Below are positions 9,601-17,829 of a DNA stretch of 64,000 nt, in pieces. A model generated the notes under the pieces. It was not told where the DNA came from, did not search any database, and saw only the letters and a program-made list of their open reading frames with translations. Source of the stretch: a virus; IMG/VR virus record IMGVR_UViG_3300022745_000021, positions 1-64,000 of that record, one strand, 5' to 3'. How positions within the stretch are numbered: position 1 is the stretch's first letter; each line of letters opens with the position of its first letter. The position numbers were made by a program, and so were the translations under genes.

Positions 9601-10995
9601 TTCGGTGGGCAGCATGCCGTATCGCTTGATACCTTCCTTGTCGGGGATCACCTCGTAGTCGATGGTGTACCCCAGCTGCGGGTTGTTCCACGAGACGATG
9701 GCGACGGTGTGACGGGCCTTCTTGGAGGTGCCCGCGTACTCGAAGTCGCCGTTGATGACGTTGGCGGGCGCGAAAATCTTGACGGTGCCCTGCGGGCGGT
9801 CCTGCGCCAGCGAGAACAGCCCCGCCGACCAATAGGTCATGCCCCGGAACGCCGAGGCGAGGCCGGTGAGCACGTTGTAGACGGTCTCGGCCTTGTTGAT
9901 GACGCCGTTGAACGCGAAGCGCGGCTCGACGCCGCCGTAGCCGTCCGGGACGCCTACAAATGTTCCCGTCGTCTCATTAATCGCGTCGCAGTAGCGCGCG
10001 ATCTGGTAGAGAGACCACTTGTCCACGTAGACCGGGTCGATGCCGGCGCCGTAGCGGGTGTTGGTGGCGATGTCGTACATCACCCACGCCGGGTTGTTGG
10101 TCCACGCCCACTTGAAGGTGCCGTCCCACAGGCCGGTATAGGAGCGCGCGATCGGGTCGTAGTTGCTCGGCACGCGGATGATGAGGCCATAGACCTCGTA
10201 GGCGCGCGCCGGGATCGTGGTCCCGAAATACTGCGCGTCCACGCCCACGCCGATCAGCGCGGTGAACGGGTAGGTGAACTTGTGGTCGTAGACCAGCTGC
10301 ATGCGGCTCCAGTTGGTCGCATTGGTCAGCTTGACGGTGTTGCTGTCCGCCGTCTGGCGCACGATGGTGACATCCCACGGCCCTTGGCCGGGCAGGTCGA
10401 TGCGGTAGTCCTCCTCGTAGGGCGACACGCACTTGCCCGAGATCGTCGAGACGGCGGCGAGCACCTGCGGATCGGTGCCAGCGTCGGCGCGGCTCTTGAC
10501 GTAGATATTGTGCACCACGGTCGAGCCGGCGATGTGCTGGCCGTTGTCCTGCGCCTCGTTGAGCGCGGGGACGTTGAGCGTGACGATCACCGCGTCGGCG
10601 TCGAGATCGCTGATGCGGCGGGTGTTGCTGATGCCGGCTTTCAGTTCAAGCTGACTGAAATCTGCAACGGGTTGCATCGCCGATGGGAAACCCGCGATGT
10701 AGTCCTGATCGGCAAGCCCGGGCGTGAACACCCATTGCACGCCGTTGAAGTTGGCGGTGCCGTCGGCCGAACGGATCGGGGTGTTGTCGAGGTAGATCGA
10801 CTTGTCGCCATTGACCAGCCCCCGGATTTCGCCTTCGCTGATCGCGTCGAGCACGTAGCCGGTCGCGGTCGAGCGCAGCGAATTGGGGTCCTCGACGAAC
10901 TTGCCGCCCTTGCCGCCACCGGCACCCGTAACCGGCCAGCGCCGCAGCGTCTGGGCGGCCGACTTCATCTGGGAGGGCTTGACATGTTCGGTCAT
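646..10995 (-). CDS. Central tail fibre / host specificity protein (lambda J-like), 3449 aa
   Basis: N-terminal GAGGGKGG...DAISEGEIRGL, WDGTFKWAWTNNPAW, GCTSRGQARRFGRW typical of gpJ; Ala/Ser-rich stalks alternate with aromatic-rich beta modules. Start moved to the ATG at 10995 because the longer ORF overlaps gene I. Confidence 0.93.
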   Translation of the reverse strand: MTEHVKPSQMKSAAQTLRRWPVTGAGGGKGGKFVEDPNSLRSTATGYVLDAISEGEIRGLVNGDKSIYLDNTPIRSADGTANFNGVQWVFTPGLADQDYIAGFPSAMQPVADFSQLELKAGISNTRRISDLDADAVIVTLNVPALNEAQDNGQHIAGSTVVHNIYVKSRADAGTDPQVLAAVSTISGKCVSPYEEDYRIDLPGQGPWDVTIVRQTADSNTVKLTNATNWSRMQLVYDHKFTYPFTALIGVGVDAQYFGTTIPARAYEVYGLIIRVPSNYDPIARSYTGLWDGTFKWAWTNNPAWVMYDIATNTRYGAGIDPVYVDKWSLYQIARYCDAINETTGTFVGVPDGYGGVEPRFAFNGVINKAETVYNVLTGLASAFRGMTYWSAGLFSLAQDRPQGTVKIFAPANVINGDFEYAGTSKKARHTVAIVSWNNPQLGYTIDYEVIPDKEGIKRYGMLPTEVAAIGCTSRGQARRFGRWLLATEILETETVKFTSGYEAADLVPGEVIEIVDPAYAGPRMGGRILDVATSSVRMDTPFPFAAGEEYELSVMTKTGQLFSAAVTNAPGSTDIVTLATPLPSGDMPIVGAIFALSEIGSVEPRPFRVLSIADATKGQFEVLALEYRAEKYDIADNSANFIEDPAGTYQKLPNPSYCAPPTDMQFRVETRTSGASVANSLIVTWTKSDTTILSGYMFSYRVDSGNWASLPQTGSTEAIIDSPINGAYECRVFAVNTMGVPSAVLSGLYNVQDATNVNARAMVTNPTTPEGMVTFSGPDLAVRWDARAIGAPDGQVGQAFKDQFFAGFKVTVYAANGVSVRRTAIVTDASYVYTYDMQNADGGPIRGPRIGVQMLDVNGNLSAMAATTFTNPAPTWAVQPAATGTLDGIMVTVADPADPDYAGYRVYADTTSPVALTNANLRYTGTGSRVTIPKLAQATHYLKLVPFDVFGDGTPSAEISAGPTDVTGQISQAQSDIASLIATYGSTQSAAQQAAAAASSAAAAASSASVANTYASAASTAKDQAQAASSAASTAQTAAETAKTNAQSAQTAAQSARDAALGYQTGAQTARDAAQSAQGAAQSARDAAQASQSAAAQSVTDAYNQAFNALSFRNDAATYASNAHTSETNAAGSASSASTSAGAAATSATNSGNSASAAAGSASSASTSATNAGNSATAAAGSATNAASSAGAASVSAGQAATSATNAAGSASSASSFSSTTAGYLNSARDTAAALFPPNLDPYGRDAYRIDRSTEVIGPAQVNDGWPAPYLAHGDPAVSDMYVFPRLGIPAVQGRRHRATGWAYAWNSACAAGMWVGGTSTSNWDDGTSQNVNATVSSPPAAIVSGGLTANTWTKVGIDFTVPAGWPAYVRPMFHIYNAANYTGPVGNHVYLTGIKFEDITSEYAAGLSATAAATSASNAAISATNAGNSASSALTQATNAATSAGQAGTSASNANTSASQASSSASNAAGSASSASNSATLAAQAQSSAASRNIVRKGTFSDGSVGQWYNPTGGPCSVINPAYYGQPLAPVSGGKALFIANTRDAFEGDWIYGNWGGRKLHVYGHVSVQFGAFPGGLGYSMLMADGTQSFWWQNAAGGGGTYGYQLIDAVTTIPAGVQAIIPFVIIDGDWGQPSMEIRISDFRLEDVTESQAASGYASAAATSASNAGASQTAAGNSATSASNSATSASTSANDAATQASNAYMQASNALTFAGQAQTYANNASTSATGAAGSASTASTQAGAAATSATNAANSASAASGSASSASTSATNAGNSASAAAASATSANTSAGNASTSASQAATSASNASGSANSAASSATTAASAKDGATSVLQAMLPGGLSPDQRAAWIVENNVSIDGPAHADWGWKSPYLARTDTSHNVLSIYPAKGIVTQPGRRYRYTAWAIGDATNAYVNIWLGGTNTGVWSDGTSVGVSGDNVAVAPGCNGGSFHIPANTWVPIGLDVTIPASGWPPYWFPIVQVLGLSGWGGAAQNFNAGNMYLSAPVVTDITSEYAAGLSATAAATSASSASASQTAAGQSASTATTQANNASTSAGQAASSASSAATSASNASGSANTASTYAGNAASSAGNAFTYAGNAYTYAGNAASSASSAATSATNAAGSANSAATSSSVSATAAAQLLPSGFTPNEHQFWISDEGNYTPGNIWGDDWFGSASYPVFASRANQYALVASRGTFVPTPGRRYRVSIDIARVVEATNGRPSFAHFGLYRQDGSGAWQGVTSAVNLLTAMPFATWTTFDLDWVADGNLFWARPRAHINWDNAGSSYSDAVYHVRRLQLTDITESYNAAGSATAAASSASSAAASATTAGQQASSATTSANNAATSAGQASSSAGSAATSASNASGSANSAATYASNAAGSASTASTQASNASTSATNAATYAGNASTSAGQAATYASNAAGSASSASTSATNAANSATSAGNSASAASSSASSASTSASSAGTSATAASNSANSASGSASAASTSASNAAGSASSASGSASTASTYASNAATYAGNANTSATNAASSASAASASESSAATSATLSAAFTGGGNLLNNTDFPNGLTAGWAFGKSNGSMVFDNVTVNGAGSDWHPVAENVLSMRQDGRLGTGTDIGEWGSAAVSATAGEYYQAYAYCAAHRAPIAVVLVFLDDAGNWTGYGYAGDAVSTGGKNPANWTQVGVKAIQAPAGTTRMFLALRKIDTNSGQSDSWAWFWRPYIGKARSGQTLFNNYSPGGSRYQMENVQAAISYEADVRTNAIASVATSVSTINASIAVKPNILKNPSATNGTTGWNQDNPSYPVYVSLGTYGEGNIFVSASGNNTTGSGLWQDVDYQSTAAISLQAEIYAGGVTGSAQVRAYVQWLDSGHNHLGYSGQAVVNAGNSGWNLVKIENQTPPSGVRYARVHLDIWGGSTWSNTSAAWKRVKLEQGASCTLYSDDLTASQFSASITMQSSSIATLQSQASTFTQRLSAGSPNLLPNGGFESGLAKWTNVTNWNVQVAGSGAWTNYWGAYVSTWIDGTQVLVSDRITATAGQVHTLSYDSAIWGSGTHGYCDVIYYDASNNVLLDGGQVDSSGHDFSNTFEARQSYAHTETAPTGTAYLVVRCVAFNANGGSCNFRQIKLEAGSVATDYTAEASAAYQAGVIADHTGKLQSYVTLSTSAGAATASVKLMAVDGSGNPTSSIGFEAQEVVVTNAAGTNKKVAMKIANGNATFDGDIIIGGRILFTNGLALRMAVAPYIMQVGDGDSISYPNAGYLPIPTFQSGGLAPIGTTENYNLYLDNQTASGATVRLKVNVPGAPTNYNLTTDAAGGTGQPNRVVSKGSNPDAVGNQYRVQGTWSTTSTAYYDSYGLYYADWSVAIYIYAKVSGSWVLAGSSYLSGTNSYFTPGTKTITGAFDEVVTAPSGVTDIGATDAGGGSVTSITSVSWTAPGTASSSRSATPGGEKCQLTLTY
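4927..6801. repeat. 51-bp exact direct repeat pair (4927-4977 and 6751-6801) inside the J-like gene
   Basis: ggtggcagccgccgtcgccgacagccccgccgcatattcggacgtgatgtc occurs twice, 1824 bp (608 codons) apart. Confidence 0.9.
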
Positions 10996-11006
10996 GGGAG
11001 AAGTCC

Positions 11007-11774
11007 TCAAAAGGAAGTGTCGATGTACTCGCCGATCAGGCTGCCGCCGTTCCACGCGAACATGGTGCCGCTGCCGCCGTAGCGAGTGTTGGAGACGCCC
11101 GATGAGATCGGGACCGAGCCGACCCGGATCGGGCCGCCGTAGACCAGCGGTAGCACGTCGCCCTGAACGCCGACGTTGCTCGCACCGGTGAAGATATAGC
11201 TGTCGTCCTTCTTGGCGTCGGACGCGGCGGGGGCCTTGGCGAGGACTTGGCTGACGCCTTGCAGCGCGATCATGCCTCCGATCAGCGCAAGGTTGCCGAA
11301 GGTGACGTTCATGCCGAGCAGCGAGAACGCGGTGGCACCGATCGCGTGCGCACCCGTCGCGGCAGCCCCGGCGCCGATGCCGCTCATGATCGCAGGCGCG
11401 GCGATCCACGCGCCGGCCACCAAGGCGACGCCGATCAAAATCTTGCCGAGGCCGCGTCCGCCCGCGCCGGTCACCGCCGGGATCACGTGCAGGTCGCTTG
11501 CCCCCAGCCCGAGCTTGAGCATGTCCTCGTCCAGCTGGCAGGTCTCGTCGGCCAGTTCCGCGCGCAGCCGCGCCGCCGGGATGCGCCCGCCCCGGTAGTC
11601 GGGGAAGTTCTGGCGGATCAGGGTGAACGCGCCGTCGCGGATGATCCCCTCGAAATCGGGGCGCTGGATCAGGATGGCGCGGATCGCCTCGGACGCGCTG
11701 TGGACGTCAAGCTCGATCCGCTTGGACCCCATCGCCTGCGCCAGCGTCCCGTAGAGGTGGATCGTTTTCTTCAC
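11007..11774 (-). CDS. Tail assembly protein (lambda I-like)
   Basis: IHLYGTL...SASEAIRA N-terminus, IPAVTGAGG, Gly/Ala hydrophobic stretch, SYIFTG...QGDVLPLVYG; lies between K and J. Confidence 0.9.
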   Translation of the reverse strand: MKKTIHLYGTLAQAMGSKRIELDVHSASEAIRAILIQRPDFEGIIRDGAFTLIRQNFPDYRGGRIPAARLRAELADETCQLDEDMLKLGLGASDLHVIPAVTGAGGRGLGKILIGVALVAGAWIAAPAIMSGIGAGAAATGAHAIGATAFSLLGMNVTFGNLALIGGMIALQGVSQVLAKAPAASDAKKDDSYIFTGASNVGVQGDVLPLVYGGPIRVGSVPISSGVSNTRYGGSGTMFAWNGGSLIGEYIDTSF

Positions 11775-12657
11775 ATGGGGTCTCCGGTTGACGGTCCAGT
11801 GAGGTGTGGCGCAGCCAAACTTCGATGCGGGGAAGCCAGCGGGAAAGCGGCGCTTCCTCTGACACCCTATTAAGTAGGTGGTGCACCATCATCTGTCCAC
11901 CCGTGTAGACAACACCATGGTTCAATCTGTGCGGAGACATCACCCGCACCAGCCCGACATCGCCCTTTTGCAGCACCAGCGGCGAGCGTTCGTCGCCCGG
12001 ATCGGTGTGGATTTCATGGGGGGCCAGCCGGCGGAAGCCTTCGCGCCGGTAGTAGTCCATGAACAGGTCGGGGGCGGTGCGCGGGTCTTCGCCTTCCGCG
12101 CCGAGCCACCATTCGTCGTCGCGCGGCTCGCTGGTGATCGCGATGCCGAACTGCTGGCGGTAGTAGCGCACGATGGCCTCGACGCAGTCGGCGACGCCCG
12201 GGCGGAACGGCACGCCGGTGACCGGGGCATCGGCCTCGATCGGGAAGCTGAACTCGTCGATCACGCGCGGCACGGGGTCGCTGTGCGAGAGCGCCGGATC
12301 ACCATCGCTGCAACTGGTTGCAACCGGCGGCACCAGCACCACGATCACCCACGGCACGTTCGTCGCGCGCTGGGAGATCATGTCGGCCCGCGACGGCGCG
12401 CGCTGCCCCTTGGTGTGCGAGTGGACGATGGCGACAAGGTTGCCCGCCTCCAGCGCCGCCTCGTACGCGCCGGGGTCAAGCTCGAAGCTGTCTTCGCGCC
12501 GGTCCTCGGGGGCGACGTTCTCGCAGCGCTGGTAGGCGAGCACACCGTCGTCCTGCCGGGTGACCATGCCGCAACACTCCTCGGGGAAGGTGTCGCGGGC
12601 GTGGGCGTAAATCTGGCCGCGCAGGTACGGCGGCACGCGGAAGGCGTGATCGTTCAT
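11707..12657 (-). CDS. Tail tip protein K-like (JAB/MPN + NlpC/P60)
   Basis: PEECCG...VHSHT...PSRAD (JAB) and GVADC...NHGVVY...HH (NlpC/P60); ATGA overlap with the L stop at 12654-12657. Confidence 0.9.
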   Translation of the reverse strand: MNDHAFRVPPYLRGQIYAHARDTFPEECCGMVTRQDDGVLAYQRCENVAPEDRREDSFELDPGAYEAALEAGNLVAIVHSHTKGQRAPSRADMISQRATNVPWVIVVLVPPVATSCSDGDPALSHSDPVPRVIDEFSFPIEADAPVTGVPFRPGVADCVEAIVRYYRQQFGIAITSEPRDDEWWLGAEGEDPRTAPDLFMDYYRREGFRRLAPHEIHTDPGDERSPLVLQKGDVGLVRVMSPHRLNHGVVYTGGQMMVHHLLNRVSEEAPLSRWLPRIEVWLRHTSLDRQPETPCEENDPPLRDAGAGDGVQADRA

Positions 12658-13403
12658 CGCTCGTTGACCCCCAGAAAGCCCCCGTAGGGGAGGACGCCCT
12701 TGGCGCCGAAGCGGAGCTTGCACCCGGCAAGGTCCTGACTGCACGTGTCGAGCGCCTTGTCGGTGACCGGGTTGCCGTCGATGTCGAACATCGCCGTGCC
12801 GGTGTACGAACACCCCTGCACGTTCGAGTAGTCGAAATCCCCGGTGTTGACGTCGTAGACGCGGTACGGCCACAGGCAGGTGTGCTTCCAGCACTTGCGC
12901 TTGGGGATGCTCTCGCCCTCGCGGTCGAGGAAGCTCGCCATGGTCCATTCGAGGTAGAGCTTGTTGGCCTTGCCCTTCTGGATCACCTCCCACACCGTCG
13001 GCGGGTAGGCGGCGTCGGGGTCGGCGTGGGTCTGGCCGTCGAGGAACTGCGAGAAGGTGACGATGCGGGTCAGCACCGCGCCCACCAAGTCGCGGTAGGC
13101 CGCCGCGATGCTGCCGGCGATGTTGTTGATGTTGGCGATGCGCAGCATCGGCTGGGGCAGCTGGCCGCGCCCGTTGATCTCGAAGCCCGTCGCCTCGATC
13201 GGCACGCTGGCGTAGGTCTTGCCCCGGTAGACGATCTGGTTCTCGCCGAGCGAGGACGGCGAGAAGTACAGCTTGCCGCCCGGCGGCAGGTCGGCGGTGG
13301 GCAGCTTGAGCGGGGTCAGGTCGAGCACGAACAACTCGACGCGGTTGCCCGGGGCGAGGCTCTGGCTGACTTCGGCGATGGTGGGGTTGGTGGTGCCGGT
13401 CAT
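12654..13403 (-). CDS. Minor tail protein L-like
   Basis: VELFVLDLT, PIEATGFE...P-x-P-x-L, C-terminal Cys cluster (C...C...C...C-x-x-RF) and LPYGGF. Confidence 0.92.
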   Translation of the reverse strand: MTGTTNPTIAEVSQSLAPGNRVELFVLDLTPLKLPTADLPPGGKLYFSPSSLGENQIVYRGKTYASVPIEATGFEINGRGQLPQPMLRIANINNIAGSIAAAYRDLVGAVLTRIVTFSQFLDGQTHADPDAAYPPTVWEVIQKGKANKLYLEWTMASFLDREGESIPKRKCWKHTCLWPYRVYDVNTGDFDYSNVQGCSYTGTAMFDIDGNPVTDKALDTCSQDLAGCKLRFGAKGVLPYGGFLGVNER

Positions 13404-13426
13404 GGGCGTGCGCCTTGATTACGGGG

Positions 13427-13780
13427 TCACTGGGGGTTGAACGAGCGCACGAAGCTGGCGGTGATACCGTAGTTGGCCGGACCGATGAAGCGCGGCTTCC
13501 ACTTGGTGCAGCGCCAGCGCGTCGCCGCCGCGTCGCCGGGGTACTTCCACATGAACGTCCCCGCACCGGCGAGACCGGTCAGGAACGTGTCCACGCTCTG
13601 CGCCTCGGCCTGCGTCAGCCCTTCCCAGACCACCTCGGTGGATGGCTTGATCGTGTTGATGCCGTCACCCGAAATCTGTTCGTAGCCGTCGCCATAGGTG
13701 CTGACGTTGTTGCGCGGTTCCTTGTCGATCTCGACCGGGAAGATCGGGCCATAGGACAGCGGGAAGGTGGGGGTCGTCAT
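13427..13780 (-). CDS. Minor tail protein M-like (distal tail)
   Basis: YGDGYEQ...GIN motif, F-x-W, ITASF; follows the tape measure gene. Confidence 0.9.
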   Translation of the reverse strand: MTTPTFPLSYGPIFPVEIDKEPRNNVSTYGDGYEQISGDGINTIKPSTEVVWEGLTQAEAQSVDTFLTGLAGAGTFMWKYPGDAAATRWRCTKWKPRFIGPANYGITASFVRSFNPQ

Positions 13781-13805
13781 GGAAGCTCGCTCCTACACGT
13801 GTTCG

Positions 13806-16800
13806 TCAGCGCTTGGACAGGATGCCGCCCGAGCGCAATTCGTTCGCCAGTTGGCGCTTGACCAGTCCTTCAAGCGCCTTGACGGTCTGCTGGCTGATCT
13901 CGGCACCGGCTGCCTTGGGATCGTGCACGTCGCCCTGCATGGTGATGCTCACCTGCGGCGCGAAGTGGATGACCTGACCGTCGCCGCCCATGCCGCCCTT
14001 GGGCAGGAGCGCCTTCACGCCGAAGTTGCCGTCGGCCATGCGCATGGTCGGGAAGATCGCTTCGCCCGCCTTGGCGATCACCGGTACTTCGCCCGCGTTG
14101 ACCCCGGGGATGCCGCCGACGTGGAACCGGCGCGCACCGGCGAACACCGACGGGCTGACCACGCTGGTGGATGGCGCGTTGCCGCCGGTGATGCCACCGG
14201 TGTGGAACACGCCGAGACCGAAGCCCAGCCCGGGGAAAATGCTCTTGAGGCCCGAGAGCAGCGTCTGCTGGAGCGCCAGCCGGGCGAGGTCGGCAATGAT
14301 CGAGTTGATGAACCCCGAGAAGTTGAACTTGCCGGTGGTGATGAACTCGGCAAGGCCGTCCGACGCGCCCTTGAACGCGTTCTTCCACACGTCGGCGCCG
14401 GTCAGCGCCGTGTTCTCCAGTTCGATGCCGAACTGGATCAGCCCCTTGCGTGCCTGCCCCATGAAGCTGTTGTTGGCTTCGAGCAGCGAGCGGGCGCGGG
14501 CCTGCGCCGCGTTGTAAATGTCCTGATTGATACCAAGGCTGGCGAGGACCTGTGCGAACGCCGCGCCGTCCTGCGTTCGCATGGCTTCGAGCGCGGCAAG
14601 CTCGCGCTGGAGCGCCGCGTTCTTCGAGAGCTTGTCGTTGAAGCCCGCGTAGGCGCTGACCAGCCCGGCAACCAGCGACGCGCCCTTGGTAACGTCCCAC
14701 GCCTTGGCCGCGTCAGTACCGGCCCGGGCGATGTCGGTGTCCACGCCGTGCGCGCGGCCCGCGTCGGTGACCTTGCCATCCTTGTAGAAGCCGGCCTTCT
14801 GCGCTTCGGCGATGGCCTTGTTCTTGGCCTCCATGATCGCAAGGCTGCGCTCGTCGAGCGACAGGCCCGAGAGCTTGGCGCGGTAGTCTCGGTCGGCCGC
14901 GTCGTGGGCAAGGTCGTACTGCTTGGCGAGCGCGTTGCCGATCTTGTCGGTGACCAGCGCGACCAGCTTCGCCATGCGCACCTTGTCGTCGTCGAGGTTG
15001 ACGATCTTGTTGTTCACCGAGAGGATTTCTTCGAGCGCCGACTTCTGCTTCTTGATCTCGGCGTCGAGCGTGGACATACCAGCCTCGTCGGTGTTGTCAG
15101 CGAGCTTCGACCAGAAGTCGCTTTCCTTTTCCGCGTCGGTCTTCGCGCCGCTCGACCCGCGACCCGTCTTCGGGTTGCGGTTGGCCTTGATCGCGTCGGC
15201 GGCTTCCTTGATGCGCCCGCGCGCGTGCTTGTCGGCGTTGGACGCGATATGGTCCATCACCCAGTTGCCGGCCTTGTCGTACTCGCCCCACGACTTCTTG
15301 AACGCGTCGCCCATGTGCTGGCCCATGCGCCCGGCAGCGCCAGCGAAGCGGTTTTCGAGCACCGGGATGTCGTGCTCGCCGACGCGCTGGAACACCTGCC
15401 CGAACCCGGCCGAAGCGAGGATGCCGTTGGCCTTGTCGAGGAACCAGTTCACCCCGTTGATCGCCATCTGGATCAGCTTGTTGATCGCGCCGATCGCGAG
15501 GTTGACCGCCGAGAAGAAAATGTCGCCCAGCGCCGACGGGAAGTCATTCCACGCGGCGATGACCGCGCGGATCGTGCCGGCGAACGCGGTGTAGATCAGC
15601 TTCGCGATCAGGTTGCAGAACTGGCCGATGCTAGACACGAGGTCCTTGAACATCGTCACGATCAGATCGACCGTCGCCTTGATCCACGGCACGTCGTAGG
15701 CGTTGTGGATCGCTTCCTTGACCGTGTCCCAGATGCCGACGATCGTATCGACGTAGGTCACCTGCAAGTCGTTGTGCTTCTTGATCTCGCCGTTCGCGCC
15801 GACGGTCTCGTCCTTGAGCTTGCGCATTTCCTTGGACGTCAGGCCCAGCGAGTTGGCGTAGTTGGTCAGGCTGGTCTTCTCGGCCTCGGTGTTCAGTTCC
15901 TTGTGCACGAGGAACAGCCCGGCCATACCGGCGATGACGACGGGGAGCACGGTTTCGAGCAGCCCCAGCTGCGTGAGCAGGATCGAGGTCGAGCCGGCCA
16001 TGCGGGAGAAGTCGCCGCGCCCCAGTTCGCGGGCGAGCACGACGCTCTCGCGGATCGCGCCCGAACCCAAGTGGAACTTGGCGGCGGTCTTCTCGGCGGC
16101 GATGCCGACCTTCTCGACGTCGCGTGCGGTCTCGCCGTACTGCTGGACGAACGAGGCGGCATCGGCGGCGGATTTGCCGGCGGTGGACCCCCAATGCATC
16201 ACCGCGTCGCGCGCGGCGTCGTACGCGCCGAGCAGCGAGTTCTTGATCCGACCCCCGGAGGCGACCGCGACCTTTTCGGCGTCAGCGGTGGCCTTGGCGA
16301 CGGCAGCCGACGCGACAGCGGCTTCGGCGCCGATGGCGTTGCCCGCCGCGTTGACGATGCGCGTGGTGGGGTTGATGTTCTGCTGCATGGCGGGCTTCGA
16401 GCCGGGACCGGCGCCTGCCCCGACGGCCGGGGTGAGCGGGCCGGTGGCCCCCATGGCGGCGTTGCGCTCCTCCTGCGCGTCCACCGAGCGCGCGACCATG
16501 GCGCTGATCCGGGCCTGCGCCTGCGCTTCGCTTTCCAGCTGGCGGGTCATCGCCCGGCTTGCCTGCGTCGCCCGGTCCCGCACGGCGGCCATGCGTTCGG
16601 TGGTGGTGATGCCGTTGGCCTGCGCCACGTCGGTCGCGCGCACGGCCTGCGCTGCCTGCGACGCGGCGGCCTGCATGTCACGCGACGCGCGGGCGACGTT
16701 GGACAGTTCGCGGGCGGTGTTGGCCGCATCGCGTGCAACCCGCTGCAAATCGGCCGACAGCGACTGGAGCGCCGCCCGCGCGTCGTTGCGCATGCGAATG

Positions 16801-16826
16801 ATGAACAGGATTTCGCGATTGGTCAT
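13806..16826 (-). CDS. Tail tape measure protein (1006 aa)
   Basis: Long Ala-rich helical protein with a lambda-type C-terminus (FITTGKFNF...SIIADLAR, FHTGG, FHVGG..GEVP); downstream of the chaperone pair. Confidence 0.92.
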   Translation of the reverse strand: MTNREILFIIRMRNDARAALQSLSADLQRVARDAANTARELSNVARASRDMQAAASQAAQAVRATDVAQANGITTTERMAAVRDRATQASRAMTRQLESEAQAQARISAMVARSVDAQEERNAAMGATGPLTPAVGAGAGPGSKPAMQQNINPTTRIVNAAGNAIGAEAAVASAAVAKATADAEKVAVASGGRIKNSLLGAYDAARDAVMHWGSTAGKSAADAASFVQQYGETARDVEKVGIAAEKTAAKFHLGSGAIRESVVLARELGRGDFSRMAGSTSILLTQLGLLETVLPVVIAGMAGLFLVHKELNTEAEKTSLTNYANSLGLTSKEMRKLKDETVGANGEIKKHNDLQVTYVDTIVGIWDTVKEAIHNAYDVPWIKATVDLIVTMFKDLVSSIGQFCNLIAKLIYTAFAGTIRAVIAAWNDFPSALGDIFFSAVNLAIGAINKLIQMAINGVNWFLDKANGILASAGFGQVFQRVGEHDIPVLENRFAGAAGRMGQHMGDAFKKSWGEYDKAGNWVMDHIASNADKHARGRIKEAADAIKANRNPKTGRGSSGAKTDAEKESDFWSKLADNTDEAGMSTLDAEIKKQKSALEEILSVNNKIVNLDDDKVRMAKLVALVTDKIGNALAKQYDLAHDAADRDYRAKLSGLSLDERSLAIMEAKNKAIAEAQKAGFYKDGKVTDAGRAHGVDTDIARAGTDAAKAWDVTKGASLVAGLVSAYAGFNDKLSKNAALQRELAALEAMRTQDGAAFAQVLASLGINQDIYNAAQARARSLLEANNSFMGQARKGLIQFGIELENTALTGADVWKNAFKGASDGLAEFITTGKFNFSGFINSIIADLARLALQQTLLSGLKSIFPGLGFGLGVFHTGGITGGNAPSTSVVSPSVFAGARRFHVGGIPGVNAGEVPVIAKAGEAIFPTMRMADGNFGVKALLPKGGMGGDGQVIHFAPQVSITMQGDVHDPKAAGAEISQQTVKALEGLVKRQLANELRSGGILSKR

Positions 16827-16841
16827 GGGTCCGCCCCCGGG

Positions 16842-17186
16842 TTAGGACTTCTTCGACCGGCGATCCTGTTCGGCTTGGGCCTCGGCCACGGCGCTGTCGA
16901 TCACCATCATCGCGATCGTGTAGCGGTAGCCTTGTTCCTCCAGCGAACCGGGATCGGGTAGATACCCACGCATGTAGGAACGATACGCCTGAAAAACAGA
17001 GGCGAAGTATGCCGGCTTCTCGTATATGGGCCGACGCGGGCATCGCCATAGCTCGTGGCCGTCGAGCATGACCGGCAGGGGCGCGTTTTTCTCGCATCCC
17101 CGCTCGGTTTTCTGGAGCGCCGTGCAGGTCGAGCAGTCGCGGTCGGGGAGCAACTGCATCGCCAGCACGGCGACCCTTAGTTTCCC
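16842..17186 (-). CDS. Tail assembly chaperone GT extension (T segment, reached by -1 frameshift)
   Basis: Open -1 frame continues from the slippery site G GGA AAC to the stop at 16842, just before the tape measure gene. Confidence 0.8.
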   Translation of the reverse strand, partial: GKLRVAVLAMQLLPDRDCSTCTALQKTERGCEKNAPLPVMLDGHELWRCPRRPIYEKPAYFASVFQAYRSYMRGYLPDPGSLEEQGYRYTIAMMVIDSAVAEAQAEQDRRSKKS

Positions 17187-17608
17187 GCTTCGACGCCCGT
17201 CATGTCGTTCATCGCCATGAGCTTGCTGCCCAGTTCGGCGATGACCTCCTGCGGGATGGTCGAGAGCACTTCGTCGGTGACGACGGCGTAGCTCTTGCCG
17301 CCCATGTTGCGCTTGAAGGTGCGGAACGGGATGTCGTTGCCGGCGGTGTCCTTGAGGCCGGTCCACCCGCGCAGGCCGAACTGGCAGGCGAGGTAGTACA
17401 GCTGGTTCTGGCCGACCGAGACGTCCACTTCGTCCTCGGGGGCGGTGGGGTTCACCGCGAAGGTGGTGGCGTCGTCCTTGAGGCGGCCCATGACCTTGCT
17501 GTCGAGGGTGCCGAGCTTGAAGGTGGTCGCGCCGTCCTTGCCCGCGTCGGGGTCGAGCTTGGACTGGTAGGCTTCTTCTGCCGAGAGGGTGAGACCGATG
17601 ATTGCCAT
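17177..17608 (-). CDS. Tail assembly chaperone (G-like)
   Basis: RBS AGGAG; lies between tail tube and tape measure; ends GCG GGA AAC TAA. Confidence 0.85.
   Translation of the reverse strand: MAIIGLTLSAEEAYQSKLDPDAGKDGATTFKLGTLDSKVMGRLKDDATTFAVNPTAPEDEVDVSVGQNQLYYLACQFGLRGWTGLKDTAGNDIPFRTFKRNMGGKSYAVVTDEVLSTIPQEVIAELGSKLMAMNDMTGVEAGN
17180..17186 (-). other. Programmed -1 ribosomal frameshift site GGGAAAC
   Basis: X XXY YYZ heptamer in the correct phase, immediately before the G stop codon. Confidence 0.85.
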
Positions 17609-17613
17609 GATAC

Positions 17614-17829
17614 CTATCTCCTAGGTTGCTTGGTGGGTTTGGGGGTTCGGTTGGGTCTGGGGGTGTTCTTGGTGACGCGGCGCCGGTCGATGTACGTGCC
17701 GGGGACGACGTCCACGATGCCCTGCGCTTCACTGGCGGTCAGGCACACGTCGTAGATGCGCAGATTGTCGCCCTCGGGGGTGAGGACGTTCATCCGCTGC
17801 ATGACGATGTAGACCTTGATCTCGAACAT
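17614..17829 (-). CDS. Hypothetical protein (71 aa)
   Basis: ATG at 17829 with GGAGA-like RBS; fills the gap between tail tube and chaperone. Confidence 0.6.
   Translation of the reverse strand: MFEIKVYIVMQRMNVLTPEGDNLRIYDVCLTASEAQGIVDVVPGTYIDRRRVTKNTPRPNRTPKPTKQPRR

Noticed and set aside
10996-11409. 138-aa N-terminal extension of the 3587-aa ORF
   Set aside because: Overlaps gene I in another frame and is Arg-rich shadow sequence; the J-like sequence starts at 10995
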